Made by a program: the position numbers and the translations under genes. 64,000 nt of DNA, taken from IMG/VR virus record IMGVR_UViG_3300028920_000023; one strand, written 5' to 3'. Position 1 is the stretch's first letter, and the number at the start of each line of letters is the position of its first letter. Source of the stretch: a virus (taxonomy: Duplodnaviria; Caudoviricetes). Of the stretch, positions 1-8,423 are shown in pieces. The notes beneath the pieces were generated by a model. That model made no database searches. It was not told where the DNA came from and saw only the letters and a list, made by a program, of their open reading frames with translations.

Positions 1-866
1 CTAGCATGTTCCAACCTAGTCTTATAAGCCTTCATCCTAATCTCAAAATCAACCTCAGCACAATAATTGCGGAGTAATAAAGAAACAGGACCACTTAACT
101 CAGAAACAGCCTCCGGATTATCCAACAACGCCTCACCAACCGCAGTAGGCAAAGCCCTGCGGATATGTCCCAAAGCATTCTCCGATTTGCTAGACAACCA
201 TCTCTCCAACATAGACAAAGCACGCTTGACTTTCATTTTCTTGCATATATCATCAAATTCAGGCTTAGTAGGAGAAGATAAAGACTGAATACTACCTATA
301 ATCACCTGATTCCCATTCGGCATATTCCCAAAACAGAACATACCAACATCATTATTATGGACAACATTACGAAGATTAACTCTCTCTACGATCTGTTCGA
401 GAACAACAACCTGCTCCGTAATAACCACAGTAGGACAACGAAACATCTTAATCAAACCACAAGCAACCTCGGTCTTACCACTGCCCGTAGTCGATTTGAT
501 AATACCTATTTCCTTCTCACAACACACCTTAAGAGCATCAACCTGATACTTCAGAAGCGTAATACCATCCAACAGCGTCTCAGTTATCTGATCACGATTA
601 GGAGCCGGATATTTCGGCGCAGGTCTCTCGTCAGAGATCTCCAGAGGTATTCTATTCTGCTCACAACATATCTTAAGTTCATCTAGGAAAGATAATTCAA
701 GTCTAGCGTGTTTCTGGTTGTATTTCCTGACCCACCCATCCCAATCGCTTGTGGAATATCTTGCTCTTGGGTCTAATACTGAAAAATGGGATTTAACTAC
801 GTCTTCATTGTCTGATGTTAGTTGCTCTAGATAGATGTGTCTGTTATCAATTATCCTTGCCAGCAC
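1..866 (-). CDS. UvsW-like superfamily 2 helicase, N-terminal part (runs off window start; absent from ORF track)
   Basis: Manual translation from GTG at 866 (AAGGGG SD upstream): VLARIIDNRHIYL...LLKYQVDALKVCCEKEIGIIKSTTGSGKTEVACGLIKMF, which has a Q-motif and a Walker A (TGSGKT). Open to position 1. Confidence 0.8.
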   Translation of the reverse strand, partial: MLARIIDNRHIYLEQLTSDNEDVVKSHFSVLDPRARYSTSDWDGWVRKYNQKHARLELSFLDELKICCEQNRIPLEISDERPAPKYPAPNRDQITETLLDGITLLKYQVDALKVCCEKEIGIIKSTTGSGKTEVACGLIKMFRCPTVVITEQVVVLEQIVERVNLRNVVHNNDVGMFCFGNMPNGNQVIIGSIQSLSSPTKPEFDDICKKMKVKRALSMLERWLSSKSENALGHIRRALPTAVGEALLDNPEAVSELSGPVSLLLRNYCAEVDFEIRMKAYKTRLEHA

Positions 867-1116
867 GTTTAATCCCCTTCTTCTGTCCTGATTGGGCCTC
901 TGTATAGTAGCGTACTTCTGTGGCGTTTACCCACTTGAAATCGCCCCTGATGTTTGGTATCAAGAATTCTGTGCGAAGAACTTCGTCTTTTTCATTAGTT
1001 ACAGTTTCTATTTTGAATACCGGGAAGAGTTTACGTATAGCAAAACCATAATCTTTAGCAGTTTTCTCGTTCTTGAAAACAACCCGACATATCGGGTTGT
1101 GTATCGGCGCATCCAT
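847..1116 (-). CDS. hypothetical protein
   Basis: 89-aa ORF in operon arrangement, overlapping the helicase start. Confidence 0.5.
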   Translation of the reverse strand: MDAPIHNPICRVVFKNEKTAKDYGFAIRKLFPVFKIETVTNEKDEVLRTEFLIPNIRGDFKWVNATEVRYYTEAQSGQKKGIKRAGKDN

Positions 1117-1429
1117 GTTTCATCCCCAATATAAGAAAAATGGTCAAAAGCACAAGAATAATCCAGGCAAAAATGACCTTTTTGCCTGGTACAAAATATT
1201 CCCTTATGCCTATTATTGGCGGTTTTCGACTGTAGTCGAAACTATATGATATCCTTTTAGAAACCCTGAGTAAATTATTCTTATTATCTTGTACCACAGC
1301 GTGCAGAGGGCAATCCATCTTGCTGATCTCTTCATCTAGAGCAGCAATAGCATCCTCAGAAGAATCGAACCTATCCCCTAATACGTGTTTGACATTATCC
1401 TTATCAGTAATAGAAACAGACCATCTCAT
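1055..1429 (-). CDS. hypothetical protein with C-terminal transmembrane helix
   Basis: ATGA overlap with the upstream gene; hydrophobic VIFAWIILVLLTIFLILG. Confidence 0.55.
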   Translation of the reverse strand: MRWSVSITDKDNVKHVLGDRFDSSEDAIAALDEEISKMDCPLHAVVQDNKNNLLRVSKRISYSFDYSRKPPIIGIREYFVPGKKVIFAWIILVLLTIFLILGMKHGCADTQPDMSGCFQERENC

Positions 1430-1719
1430 GACTTCTTCCTAGATTTAGTCTTCTTTATACTCTTAACCGGATTCAATAAAGCAAGTTTAAGCTGTACCAA
1501 AATAGAAGCAAACTTCCCCCTAATCACACACTCATCCAAAGTCTGCAAAACAAACTTAGTAACATCATCACTAATATTAACAACCTCTTTATCCTTAGAT
1601 TCTTCCAAAGATTTACTAAGTAACAACACCTTATCGGCATCGCTACCGCGAATCTCGGTATTCTCAATGATTCTGGATAGAAAGTCTTTCTGGATTTCAC
1701 TTATATTATAATTAGGCAT
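1426..1719 (-). CDS. hypothetical protein
   Basis: 97-aa ORF with GGAG SD, part of the minus-strand operon. Confidence 0.6.
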   Translation of the reverse strand: MPNYNISEIQKDFLSRIIENTEIRGSDADKVLLLSKSLEESKDKEVVNISDDVTKFVLQTLDECVIRGKFASILVQLKLALLNPVKSIKKTKSRKKS

Positions 1720-1753
1720 ATCAGTCTCCCTAAATTAGATACGCCTAAACAAC

Positions 1754-2077
1754 TCATTCAGAATCTTTCAGAATCTTCCTTAACTCATCATAAGTAACAT
1801 ATCTTCCCTTAGCTTTCTGCACATCCTTCTCCTGAGCAGCACGACCAACCTTATGCACATCGGAATCTTTAGCCTTACCGACAGGCTTCATGGTCGTATC
1901 TTCCTGCTCACTAATACTATAATCATCAACAGAAACATGCAACTCCAAATTACCACACTTAATAAAACTACCAAACTGCTCCGTAGAGACTATCTCCGCC
2001 TCTCCTAGCAAATCCGGAAGATACGCAACAGCCTTCTTGAGACCCTTCTCATTCAAGAATTTTTTACTCATCATCAC
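1754..2077 (-). CDS. hypothetical protein
   Basis: 107-aa ORF, 4-bp overlap with the upstream gene. Confidence 0.6.
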   Translation of the reverse strand: MMMSKKFLNEKGLKKAVAYLPDLLGEAEIVSTEQFGSFIKCGNLELHVSVDDYSISEQEDTTMKPVGKAKDSDVHKVGRAAQEKDVQKAKGRYVTYDELRKILKDSE

Positions 2078-2910
2078 CCCACAGTCAAATTAAATCTTGG
2101 ACTAACCCTAGTCTCGCCATTCGGTAATTCAACCTCAATCTGATAAAGATAAGTCCCTCTAAGAAGCATACTAGTATCAATCTTAGTTTTAAGAACAAAA
2201 GGATTAGTCCTATAGGAGCCCTGCCTCAAACCAATATCCATAGGAATATCCTGGAAATCCTCGAGAACCTCACAATTCTCCGTGAAGATAGTCAAAGTAG
2301 CACAAAGACGAGGCAAAATAGGAGCAATCTTATTATAATCGTAATCATATAACGGAAGAGGCATCAAACCGACCTCAAGATTCCTAATCTCTGGTTTATG
2401 GAATTTGACATCTAGAGCCTCAAAACCAAGTCTAATAGTGCTTAGGTCGCTATCACAATAAGTGCTATTTGGTTGTAACCAGAACTCGTTACAGCATCTT
2501 TTCCAATTATCTTCATCATCAAGAAAAGCTTCCTTTTCCTCCGCAGACCAGCTATCCCATCCTTCCGGCTCTTCTGGAATATAATTCCAAACGTCAAAAT
2601 AAATCTCAGGAGCAGGTAAATCCTCCGGAACATCCCATATCAGACTAAATTGCCCAGGAAGTATATTATCATCTTCATCAATATCACGCGTAACCGGAGA
2701 AGGATACCCCGTCTCATCAGGATACAACATCGGAAATTGTGCTAATAAATTCTCATCTTGAACAGAAGTCCTATAAATATCCACACGACGTATCGCGAAT
2801 GGTTCTGTAGGTATGCCATTCTTATAAAAGGTTACATTCAGACGTAATTTACTACCGGTTCTTCCGCTAATACGCGTCAGAACATCAGTGTCAGTTCCTG
2901 GACATGCCAT
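2074..2910 (-). CDS. hypothetical protein, possibly virion-associated
   Basis: 278 aa, strong AGGAGG SD, located after the tail genes. Confidence 0.65.
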   Translation of the reverse strand: MACPGTDTDVLTRISGRTGSKLRLNVTFYKNGIPTEPFAIRRVDIYRTSVQDENLLAQFPMLYPDETGYPSPVTRDIDEDDNILPGQFSLIWDVPEDLPAPEIYFDVWNYIPEEPEGWDSWSAEEKEAFLDDEDNWKRCCNEFWLQPNSTYCDSDLSTIRLGFEALDVKFHKPEIRNLEVGLMPLPLYDYDYNKIAPILPRLCATLTIFTENCEVLEDFQDIPMDIGLRQGSYRTNPFVLKTKIDTSMLLRGTYLYQIEVELPNGETRVSPRFNLTVG

Positions 2911-2937
2911 AATTATACCTCCTGTGATATGTTTGAA

Positions 2938-3138
2938 TTATCGGGAGGTATTTTTGGTAGCTTCTTTGTTCCTTCTCTCATTCTCTTTCGAAATACGATC
3001 CAACCACCACTGACGGGTCTCAGCCGTCATAGTATTAATCTCAAATAGGGAAAGGTGCCCATACGTCTTAAGCAAAAATTCCTGCTCTAGTAAATGTTTA
3101 TATTCCCTCTCGCATGCCTCGTGATTTCGGCGTTCGAA
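2938..3138 (-). CDS. start-less +1-frame extension of the tail-assembly chaperone (G-T / gp51-like segment)
   Basis: The +1 frame reads FERRNHEACEREYKHLLEQEFLLKTYGHLSLFEINTMTAETRQWWLDRISKENERRNKEATKNTSR*. It fills the apparent intergenic gap and has no upstream ATG/GTG/TTG after the in-frame TGA. Confidence 0.7.
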   Translation of the reverse strand, partial: FERRNHEACEREYKHLLEQEFLLKTYGHLSLFEINTMTAETRQWWLDRISKENERRNKEATKNTSR

Positions 3139-4129
3139 AAAAGTCTGTCGTAAACGGCAACCCCATTTTCATATCCTCATCACAATGTGGGCAAGTAACC
3201 TCTATATCAGTATCAATACCAGGCATATTATCATCCATAGCCTGCCTGATTACAGAAGTGTCCCTAGCATGCATCTTCCTAACAATCTGAGCAATTTTGC
3301 CCCGATCATCATCACCATTAATACTAACAATAGCTAGATCCAAATTCTGTTCAATAGTCTCATTCAACACAACCGGAGCCTTTTGTTTAGCAAAAGGCCT
3401 AGGACCCTTGTGCGCCGTTCTAGCCTGCTTAGGCATAGAAGCAGAAATAGCCTTGGTGCGCTTAGTGATCTCCCGCACATCCCTCCATCGCATAAACCTA
3501 ACAGCAACATAAACCCTTCTACCAGTAATCTCAGAAAAATAAGGAAGATCGACCTCAAAAGGCTCATTCTTAGAAGGACCCTTCAAAGTATCAGCAAGTT
3601 CATTCAGATCATACTCATGCACACTATCCCGAGCACAATCCTCATTCGTGCATTTGACCGTGAACTCATAAATATTACCATACGAAATACCACGAAGATA
3701 ATAAAGAAGAAACGTCCAATCACCAATAATAAGATCAGTAGAAGAAAAACCATTTGGAAATCTAACATGATTATCCATAATATAATCTAAAGCTTGTCCA
3801 GAACCAGTTAACCTAGATGTCGCTAATATCTTGTCAGCTTTAATAGTCATCGGGAGGACTTCTATCTTACCATCCGGAAGCCTATCAGAATAATATCTGC
3901 CCTGACTTGGGAGAGTAACCTTCTCCCACGGAATAAGCTGCTCCGACGGAGTATTAGCTATAAAATCAACTAATTCAGCAGAAGACAAACTAGATTGCGT
4001 CTGCAATTTGTTAGTACTGGCCTGAAAACGCAGACGTGCTTTTCTAGCTACCTCGGCATTTTCTTGGGGAGCAACGGGATCTACAGGATCCGTATCCACA
4101 GAATTAAGGTCAATCTCTTTTTCTGACAT
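3098..4129 (-). CDS. tail assembly chaperone / T4 gp26-like baseplate hub assembly protein
   Basis: PWEKVTLPSQGRYY..IEVLPMT..DKIL N-terminal motif, CxxxxC and CPHC zinc motifs, C-terminal LPFTTDFF; directly downstream of the tube genes. Confidence 0.7.
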   Translation of the reverse strand: MSEKEIDLNSVDTDPVDPVAPQENAEVARKARLRFQASTNKLQTQSSLSSAELVDFIANTPSEQLIPWEKVTLPSQGRYYSDRLPDGKIEVLPMTIKADKILATSRLTGSGQALDYIMDNHVRFPNGFSSTDLIIGDWTFLLYYLRGISYGNIYEFTVKCTNEDCARDSVHEYDLNELADTLKGPSKNEPFEVDLPYFSEITGRRVYVAVRFMRWRDVREITKRTKAISASMPKQARTAHKGPRPFAKQKAPVVLNETIEQNLDLAIVSINGDDDRGKIAQIVRKMHARDTSVIRQAMDDNMPGIDTDIEVTCPHCDEDMKMGLPFTTDFFRTPKSRGMREGI

Positions 4130-4160
4130 ATTCTTCTCCTTATAATTCGATAATTATATA

Positions 4161-4670
4161 CTAATCTTGCTTTTCAATCTGTGCATCATCATAAGACAAC
4201 GTAACAGTAACTATTTTAATCTCCGAATTCGTAAACGATAAATCACCATGAGAAATACGATATGGCCAAGCACCGCTCAAAGTGACCCTAATAACAACAA
4301 CACCAGTCCCATCCAGCAACTCAAACCTGCAATTCTGTTTATAATTGTTATGTAACTTTATACCAGAATCACTTTCATAGACCTGATCCTTCCATTTTTG
4401 GAGTTCCTGAGTAACCTCACCATCATCATAAAGCGTAACTCGCAAATCTGGCCAATTAACAGATTTAGCATATTTATAAACTATCAAACCACCAAGAATT
4501 TCTTGTTTGTCTACCAAAGATTCCGGTAATTGCAATTCCTTGGCTAGTACTAATGGAAATCTCGATACCGGACCTAAGCGCGCAATTCTCCATCTGTGAT
4601 TGCGTAGAGTTTCGATGGTATTTGCAGGTGTGTTTTGGTCGCCAACGCTACCGACAATAAACCCTGGCAT
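4161..4670 (-). CDS. tail tube protein paralog 2 (T4 gp19-like)
   Basis: Starts MPGFIVG after a GGAGG SD (true start 4670, not 4700); gp19-like W..L.VTLYD, YK..C.FELLD, L.GAWP..IS.GDLSF. Confidence 0.8.
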   Translation of the reverse strand: MPGFIVGSVGDQNTPANTIETLRNHRWRIARLGPVSRFPLVLAKELQLPESLVDKQEILGGLIVYKYAKSVNWPDLRVTLYDDGEVTQELQKWKDQVYESDSGIKLHNNYKQNCRFELLDGTGVVVIRVTLSGAWPYRISHGDLSFTNSEIKIVTVTLSYDDAQIEKQD

Positions 4671-4692
4671 CGTTACACCTCCGGATAAGTAA

Positions 4693-4714
4693 AGAGCCAC
4701 CCTAAGGTGGCTCT
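4693..4714 (-). terminator. hairpin between the two tube genes
   Basis: 9-bp stem AGAGCCACC/GGTGGCTCT, 4-nt loop, short U tract on the minus strand. Confidence 0.6.
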
Positions 4715-4741
4715 CTTATCTATCACCAAAACAAGAAAATT

Positions 4742-5284
4742 TTAGGTTGCACGATTAGCTCTATCAAATCTCATCGTGCACTCAATCGTCTGAATCTCAG
4801 TATCAGTATAATCCAAACCACCCCAATCAATATCTTGCGGCCAACATCCAAATAATTGCCAACGTTCACTCTCGCTTCCATCACCCTGGCGCATAATAAG
4901 GCTACCTTCCTGCTTATAAGCGCTAGGAATATACACCGGAATATTGCCAGTGTGAATACCAATCACACCATTCAGCCAATACCAGATCTCCTGTGATACG
5001 TCATTAGGTTGCTCGCCATCATACCACACCAGAGAAATCGGATCCCAATGGTGCTTGCCGGCGAAGTACGCTTGTTCTTGGTTGTGGTGCATCTCCGGCT
5101 CTTCGATGGTCGGATGAGGCCTAGACGCTTCCTTGAGGATCAGGAGAATCTCGCTAGGGAATTGGCCTGTGCCACCCCCTCCGGTGCCTCTTCCGAGTGT
5201 CTGGAATATCCACCTATGCTTGCGGCGCGTTTCCATCTTATGGTCAGGACCTTCGCCGACACCACCAATTATGAATCCAGGCAT
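4742..5284 (-). CDS. tail tube protein (T4 gp19-like)
   Basis: RRKHRWIF, AGKHHWDPISLVWYD, YKQEGSL, WQLFGCWPQDIDWGGLDY, TMRFDRA motifs. Confidence 0.85.
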   Translation of the reverse strand: MPGFIIGGVGEGPDHKMETRRKHRWIFQTLGRGTGGGGTGQFPSEILLILKEASRPHPTIEEPEMHHNQEQAYFAGKHHWDPISLVWYDGEQPNDVSQEIWYWLNGVIGIHTGNIPVYIPSAYKQEGSLIMRQGDGSESERWQLFGCWPQDIDWGGLDYTDTEIQTIECTMRFDRANRAT

Positions 5285-5302
5285 GATCTTCTCCTTAACA
5301 TT

Positions 5303-5317
5303 CTATATTATTTTTGC
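5303..5317 (-). promoter_or_regulatory. candidate late-promoter motif GCAAAAATAATATAG upstream of the tail tube gene
   Basis: Near-identical copies at 23064-23078 and 55274-55288. Confidence 0.5.
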
Positions 5318-6064
5318 GCACTTCTCATACTCCTTTATTAAACTACATAAATTCGAAATATCCTCAATAAACTTATCCTTTCTAGATTCAACACACATGT
5401 TCCTAGGAGAAGGATGATAGATCGGATATACATCCACACCAAACTTATCAGAATGAACGATACTACCTAAATGATTACTCATCTTCTCATCGTCAAAAAA
5501 CACATCGAAGCCGACGGCACCCAATGTGATCACCAGAATAGGTCTCAATAAAGTCAACTCAATTTCTAAGAAAGGACGACAACGTCCAGATTCCTCAATA
5601 GAAGGTTTCCTGTTTTCCGGAGTATAACATTTTACAGAATTCGTAATATAGAAATGATCTCTGGAAAGACCGAATTTTTCTACGGTTTCATTAAAAAATT
5701 TCCCAGCATCCCCGACAAATGGAATTCCGCACTGACATTCGTTATAACCGGGATTCTGCCCAACTATAAACCATCTCGAGACGTTCTTTGTGCTAAAAAC
5801 ATGCGGGTCGAAATCTTGTTGTCTACCAAGGCTACACATTGTGCAAGCATGGACAGTATCGCCCAATGGTCCCAACATTTTCTCTACTCTATGCATTTTA
5901 TTGCCTTTATTACATTGAAGTTTACTCGGATCCCAATGGAAGTTAAGTAGCTCCTGCCACATAGCTTCGTCCCTGGCGTCTGCCTCTTCTTTGAGACGCT
6001 TAAACTCTTCTTGTTCTTGTTTTTTCTTTTTGCGTTTGGCAAGGAAATCAGCAGGAAGTTTCAT
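5303..6064 (-). CDS. uracil-DNA glycosylase family 4 (Fe-S)
   Basis: CxxC, VGQNPG, PFVG.AG, NSVKC, C, LGA, HPSP motifs; true start may be the internal MHRVEK. Confidence 0.85.
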   Translation of the reverse strand: MKLPADFLAKRKKKKQEQEEFKRLKEEADARDEAMWQELLNFHWDPSKLQCNKGNKMHRVEKMLGPLGDTVHACTMCSLGRQQDFDPHVFSTKNVSRWFIVGQNPGYNECQCGIPFVGDAGKFFNETVEKFGLSRDHFYITNSVKCYTPENRKPSIEESGRCRPFLEIELTLLRPILVITLGAVGFDVFFDDEKMSNHLGSIVHSDKFGVDVYPIYHPSPRNMCVESRKDKFIEDISNLCSLIKEYEKCAKII

Positions 6065-6098
6065 AAAGGGGCTAATATCGGATAATTATAAAACGACA

Positions 6099-6127
6099 AT
6101 ACCCGCTCTGGCCCCTAGAGCGGGTAT
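6099..6127 (-). terminator. hairpin after micro-ORF cluster 1
   Basis: 11-bp stem ATACCCGCTCT/AGAGCGGGTAT, 7-nt loop. Confidence 0.6.
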
Positions 6128-6171
6128 CGTATTAAGAAAGGAGGAACAAACGCACAAACGCGCTAAGCATG

Positions 6172-6243
6172 TTATTGGGTATTCGGGACCAAGGCGAAAC
6201 CCCACACAAAGGCACATGCAAGCCCTGCGATTATCCGCCTCAC
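6172..6243 (-). CDS. 23-aa hydrophobic micro-ORF (MRRIIAGLACAFVWGFALVPNTQ)
   Basis: GTGA start/stop overlap with the upstream 84-aa gene. Confidence 0.35.
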   Translation of the reverse strand: MRRIIAGLACAFVWGFALVPNTQ

Positions 6244-6494
6244 GAATCTCTTAACAACCTGGAGATTTCCGGGTCTATCAACTCAAGGACATCCGGGTCT
6301 ATAGCATGACCCTTCTCCAGGACCTCAGCTACCCATTTGGCCGTCTGGGGATCGACCGGAGTAGGGATATCTACACCCCTGATCTCTTTCGCAAGGGAAT
6401 ACAGACCGAAACCAATCAGACCAATCCCCGCCACAGCAGCCCAACAGGGAACCGCTAAAGCAATCCCATGACCAACAACGCCAAAAGCCATCAT
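6240..6494 (-). CDS. small membrane protein
   Basis: 84 aa, hydrophobic N-terminal half, ATGA overlap with the upstream micro-ORF. Confidence 0.6.
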   Translation of the reverse strand: MMAFGVVGHGIALAVPCWAAVAGIGLIGFGLYSLAKEIRGVDIPTPVDPQTAKWVAEVLEKGHAIDPDVLELIDPEISRLLRDS

Positions 6495-6574
6495 CGACTC
6501 CTTATGACGATCTCACCCTTGCTGGAATGACACAAACACAACAGAACAAACAACAACAAACACAACAAAGCCAC
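6491..6574 (-). CDS. 27-aa hydrophobic micro-ORF (MALLCLLLFVLLCLCHSSKGEIVIRSR)
   Basis: GGAGGG SD before the GTG; its stop overlaps the next ATG (ATGA). Confidence 0.45.
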   Translation of the reverse strand: MALLCLLLFVLLCLCHSSKGEIVIRSR

Positions 6575-6638
6575 GATATAACCCTCCGTTAACAACCGAC
6601 CACTACCCTGTTGTATCGACCAAGCAACATGCAGACAG

Positions 6639-7532
6639 TTAGAGAGCGTCGTCACCATAACACCGTTCATCCATCTGCTCCCCAGTCCTCATATTAACCC
6701 ACACCTTGCGCTCATGATCACACCAAATCGCAAGAGTCGAACCATTATCTCGTTTTTGCCACTCCTTAACCCACACCCGAGATTGCCTCGTCTTCCACTC
6801 ATTATAAGACGGTTTATCGTCAAGTATAGATCTAACCTCAGCACAGCCCTCCTCGTCATCAACAGCTCCAAAAACAGCATCAAAACTTTCCTTGTAAGGC
6901 TGCATCGGATCAACAAAATATTCATCAACCCCAATTTCAGCAAGACGTCCCGTAAACTCAGCCGCGAAAGATTCGCTCCACACAGGAAGAATAGGGCTCA
7001 CATTCACATGAACCCTAATACCAGCTTCCTTAAGCTCACGTACAGCCTTAAATCTCCGTTCCGTTAGGATCGGAACTGGTTCTAACTTGGTCAAGACTGA
7101 TCTGGGGAAAGGCGTAATGGTGAAATGGACCCTAGCCCGAGGTAGCTGTTTGATCAAGTCAATATCATCAAGCACAAAAGGTGATCTTGTGAAGATGCCA
7201 ACCTTGTTCAGTTTGCCGTGCTTCAAAATAATTTCCAAAGCAGCGCTGGTCAATCTGCTTTTGCGTTCTTGGGGTTGATAGGGGTCAGTCATCGTACCAA
7301 AGACCAACCTCATGCCATCATATTTCGGCAATTCCTTCACGAGTTTGTCTCGGATATGGTCCCTTGTCCGTACGAACTCCCCCCAGTCGTTGTCTTTGTC
7401 CTTGATGAAGAACCGCACATAACAGTATGTGCAGCCAAATTGACACCCCACATATGGATTCAGACAAATATCGTAATTCTTGAATCCAGATTTGGAGATG
7501 AGTGTGCCTCTTCTTGCCGTGACAACCTGCAT
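6639..7532 (-). CDS. radical SAM protein, SplB/COG1533-like
   Basis: NPYVGCQFGCTYCY (CxxxCxxC), GTMTDPYQPQE, TRSP motifs. Confidence 0.85.
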   Translation of the reverse strand: MQVVTARRGTLISKSGFKNYDICLNPYVGCQFGCTYCYVRFFIKDKDNDWGEFVRTRDHIRDKLVKELPKYDGMRLVFGTMTDPYQPQERKSRLTSAALEIILKHGKLNKVGIFTRSPFVLDDIDLIKQLPRARVHFTITPFPRSVLTKLEPVPILTERRFKAVRELKEAGIRVHVNVSPILPVWSESFAAEFTGRLAEIGVDEYFVDPMQPYKESFDAVFGAVDDEEGCAEVRSILDDKPSYNEWKTRQSRVWVKEWQKRDNGSTLAIWCDHERKVWVNMRTGEQMDERCYGDDAL

Positions 7533-7598
7533 GCTTTGGGCCTCCCAGCCTTTGCACGGTTGTATCGTCGAAGAGTATCACAGAAAGTTAATTATGCT

Positions 7599-8201
7599 CT
7601 ATAACTCTTCCCTAATACCTTCATAATAAACCGCCCTCTTCTCAACACCACAAACAAAACGATACAAGAGACCCTCAGCAGACTTTACCAAATTCCGGCC
7701 CTCAGAAACTTCCTTGACAAAACCCTTTGGTAACTCAACATCCTCATCCTCAGTCTCCGTCTCAATCTCCGCAACAACACCAACCTTATCCTTCGGAGAC
7801 CGAATATCATCCACGACCCAATCACCATAACGATACCGAGTCTTCTCCATCCTAGTAGCCTTAATAGTCTCAGGCCACAACTTATCAAACATTTCTGAAG
7901 TAATAAAAGTCTCAGCCTCATCACTTTTCTTATAAAACTTGCACGTAATACTATACTCCGGGTCGTTCCCCTTGGACTTCTCCCTCCTAATACGCAAACT
8001 AAAACCAGGCTTATCAAAGAGCAAAGCCTGTTTGATCTCGGAAGGTTTCCCAACGCCATTCGGGACCTCCTTCAATTCAAACCTCTGCTCATATTCCTTA
8101 GTAACATCACCAGTAACCTCTTCTAAAATCGAAGAATATAACAGAGGAACAACATCTGGGAATTTATTATTGACCTCTTGGATATGTTCAGAAATATTCA
8201 T
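7599..8201 (-). CDS. CYTH-like triphosphatase
   Basis: EYEQRF (ExExK/R), LRIRR, ITCK, EKTRY, VAEIE motifs. Confidence 0.7.
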   Translation of the reverse strand: MNISEHIQEVNNKFPDVVPLLYSSILEEVTGDVTKEYEQRFELKEVPNGVGKPSEIKQALLFDKPGFSLRIRREKSKGNDPEYSITCKFYKKSDEAETFITSEMFDKLWPETIKATRMEKTRYRYGDWVVDDIRSPKDKVGVVAEIETETEDEDVELPKGFVKEVSEGRNLVKSAEGLLYRFVCGVEKRAVYYEGIREEL

Positions 8202-8228
8202 TGAAGCTCCTTTTACAAATATATTTAT

Positions 8229-8423
8229 ATGACAAAATTTGAGAAAAAACTAGACAAAATACTATCAGAAATGCTCGGGACGCATATAAAAGCACCAACA
8301 CGAGCATTCCGAAGAGCAGGACTAACACTCAGAATAGGCAAAAGATTCGACGGACCGCCAGAAACACGATACAAGAAAATGATGACAACAAATTTCAAGA
8401 ACCAGATGACATTCTACATATAA
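8229..8423 (+). CDS. small hypothetical protein
   Basis: 64 aa, A/C-rich codons like other plus-strand genes, divergent from CYTH. Confidence 0.45.
   Translation: MTKFEKKLDKILSEMLGTHIKAPTRAFRRAGLTLRIGKRFDGPPETRYKKMMTTNFKNQMTFYI

Noticed and set aside
3085-3143. -1 frameshift at C_TTT_TTT in the chaperone gene
   Set aside because: The -1 frame hits TAG after 18 codons with no protein-like content; only the +1 frame is long.
6491-7532. RiPP system (radical SAM + Cys-containing peptide)
   Set aside because: The rSAM is SplB-like with no SPASM/RRE domain, and the peptide looks like a membrane segment rather than a leader-core precursor. It is kept only as a micro-ORF observation.
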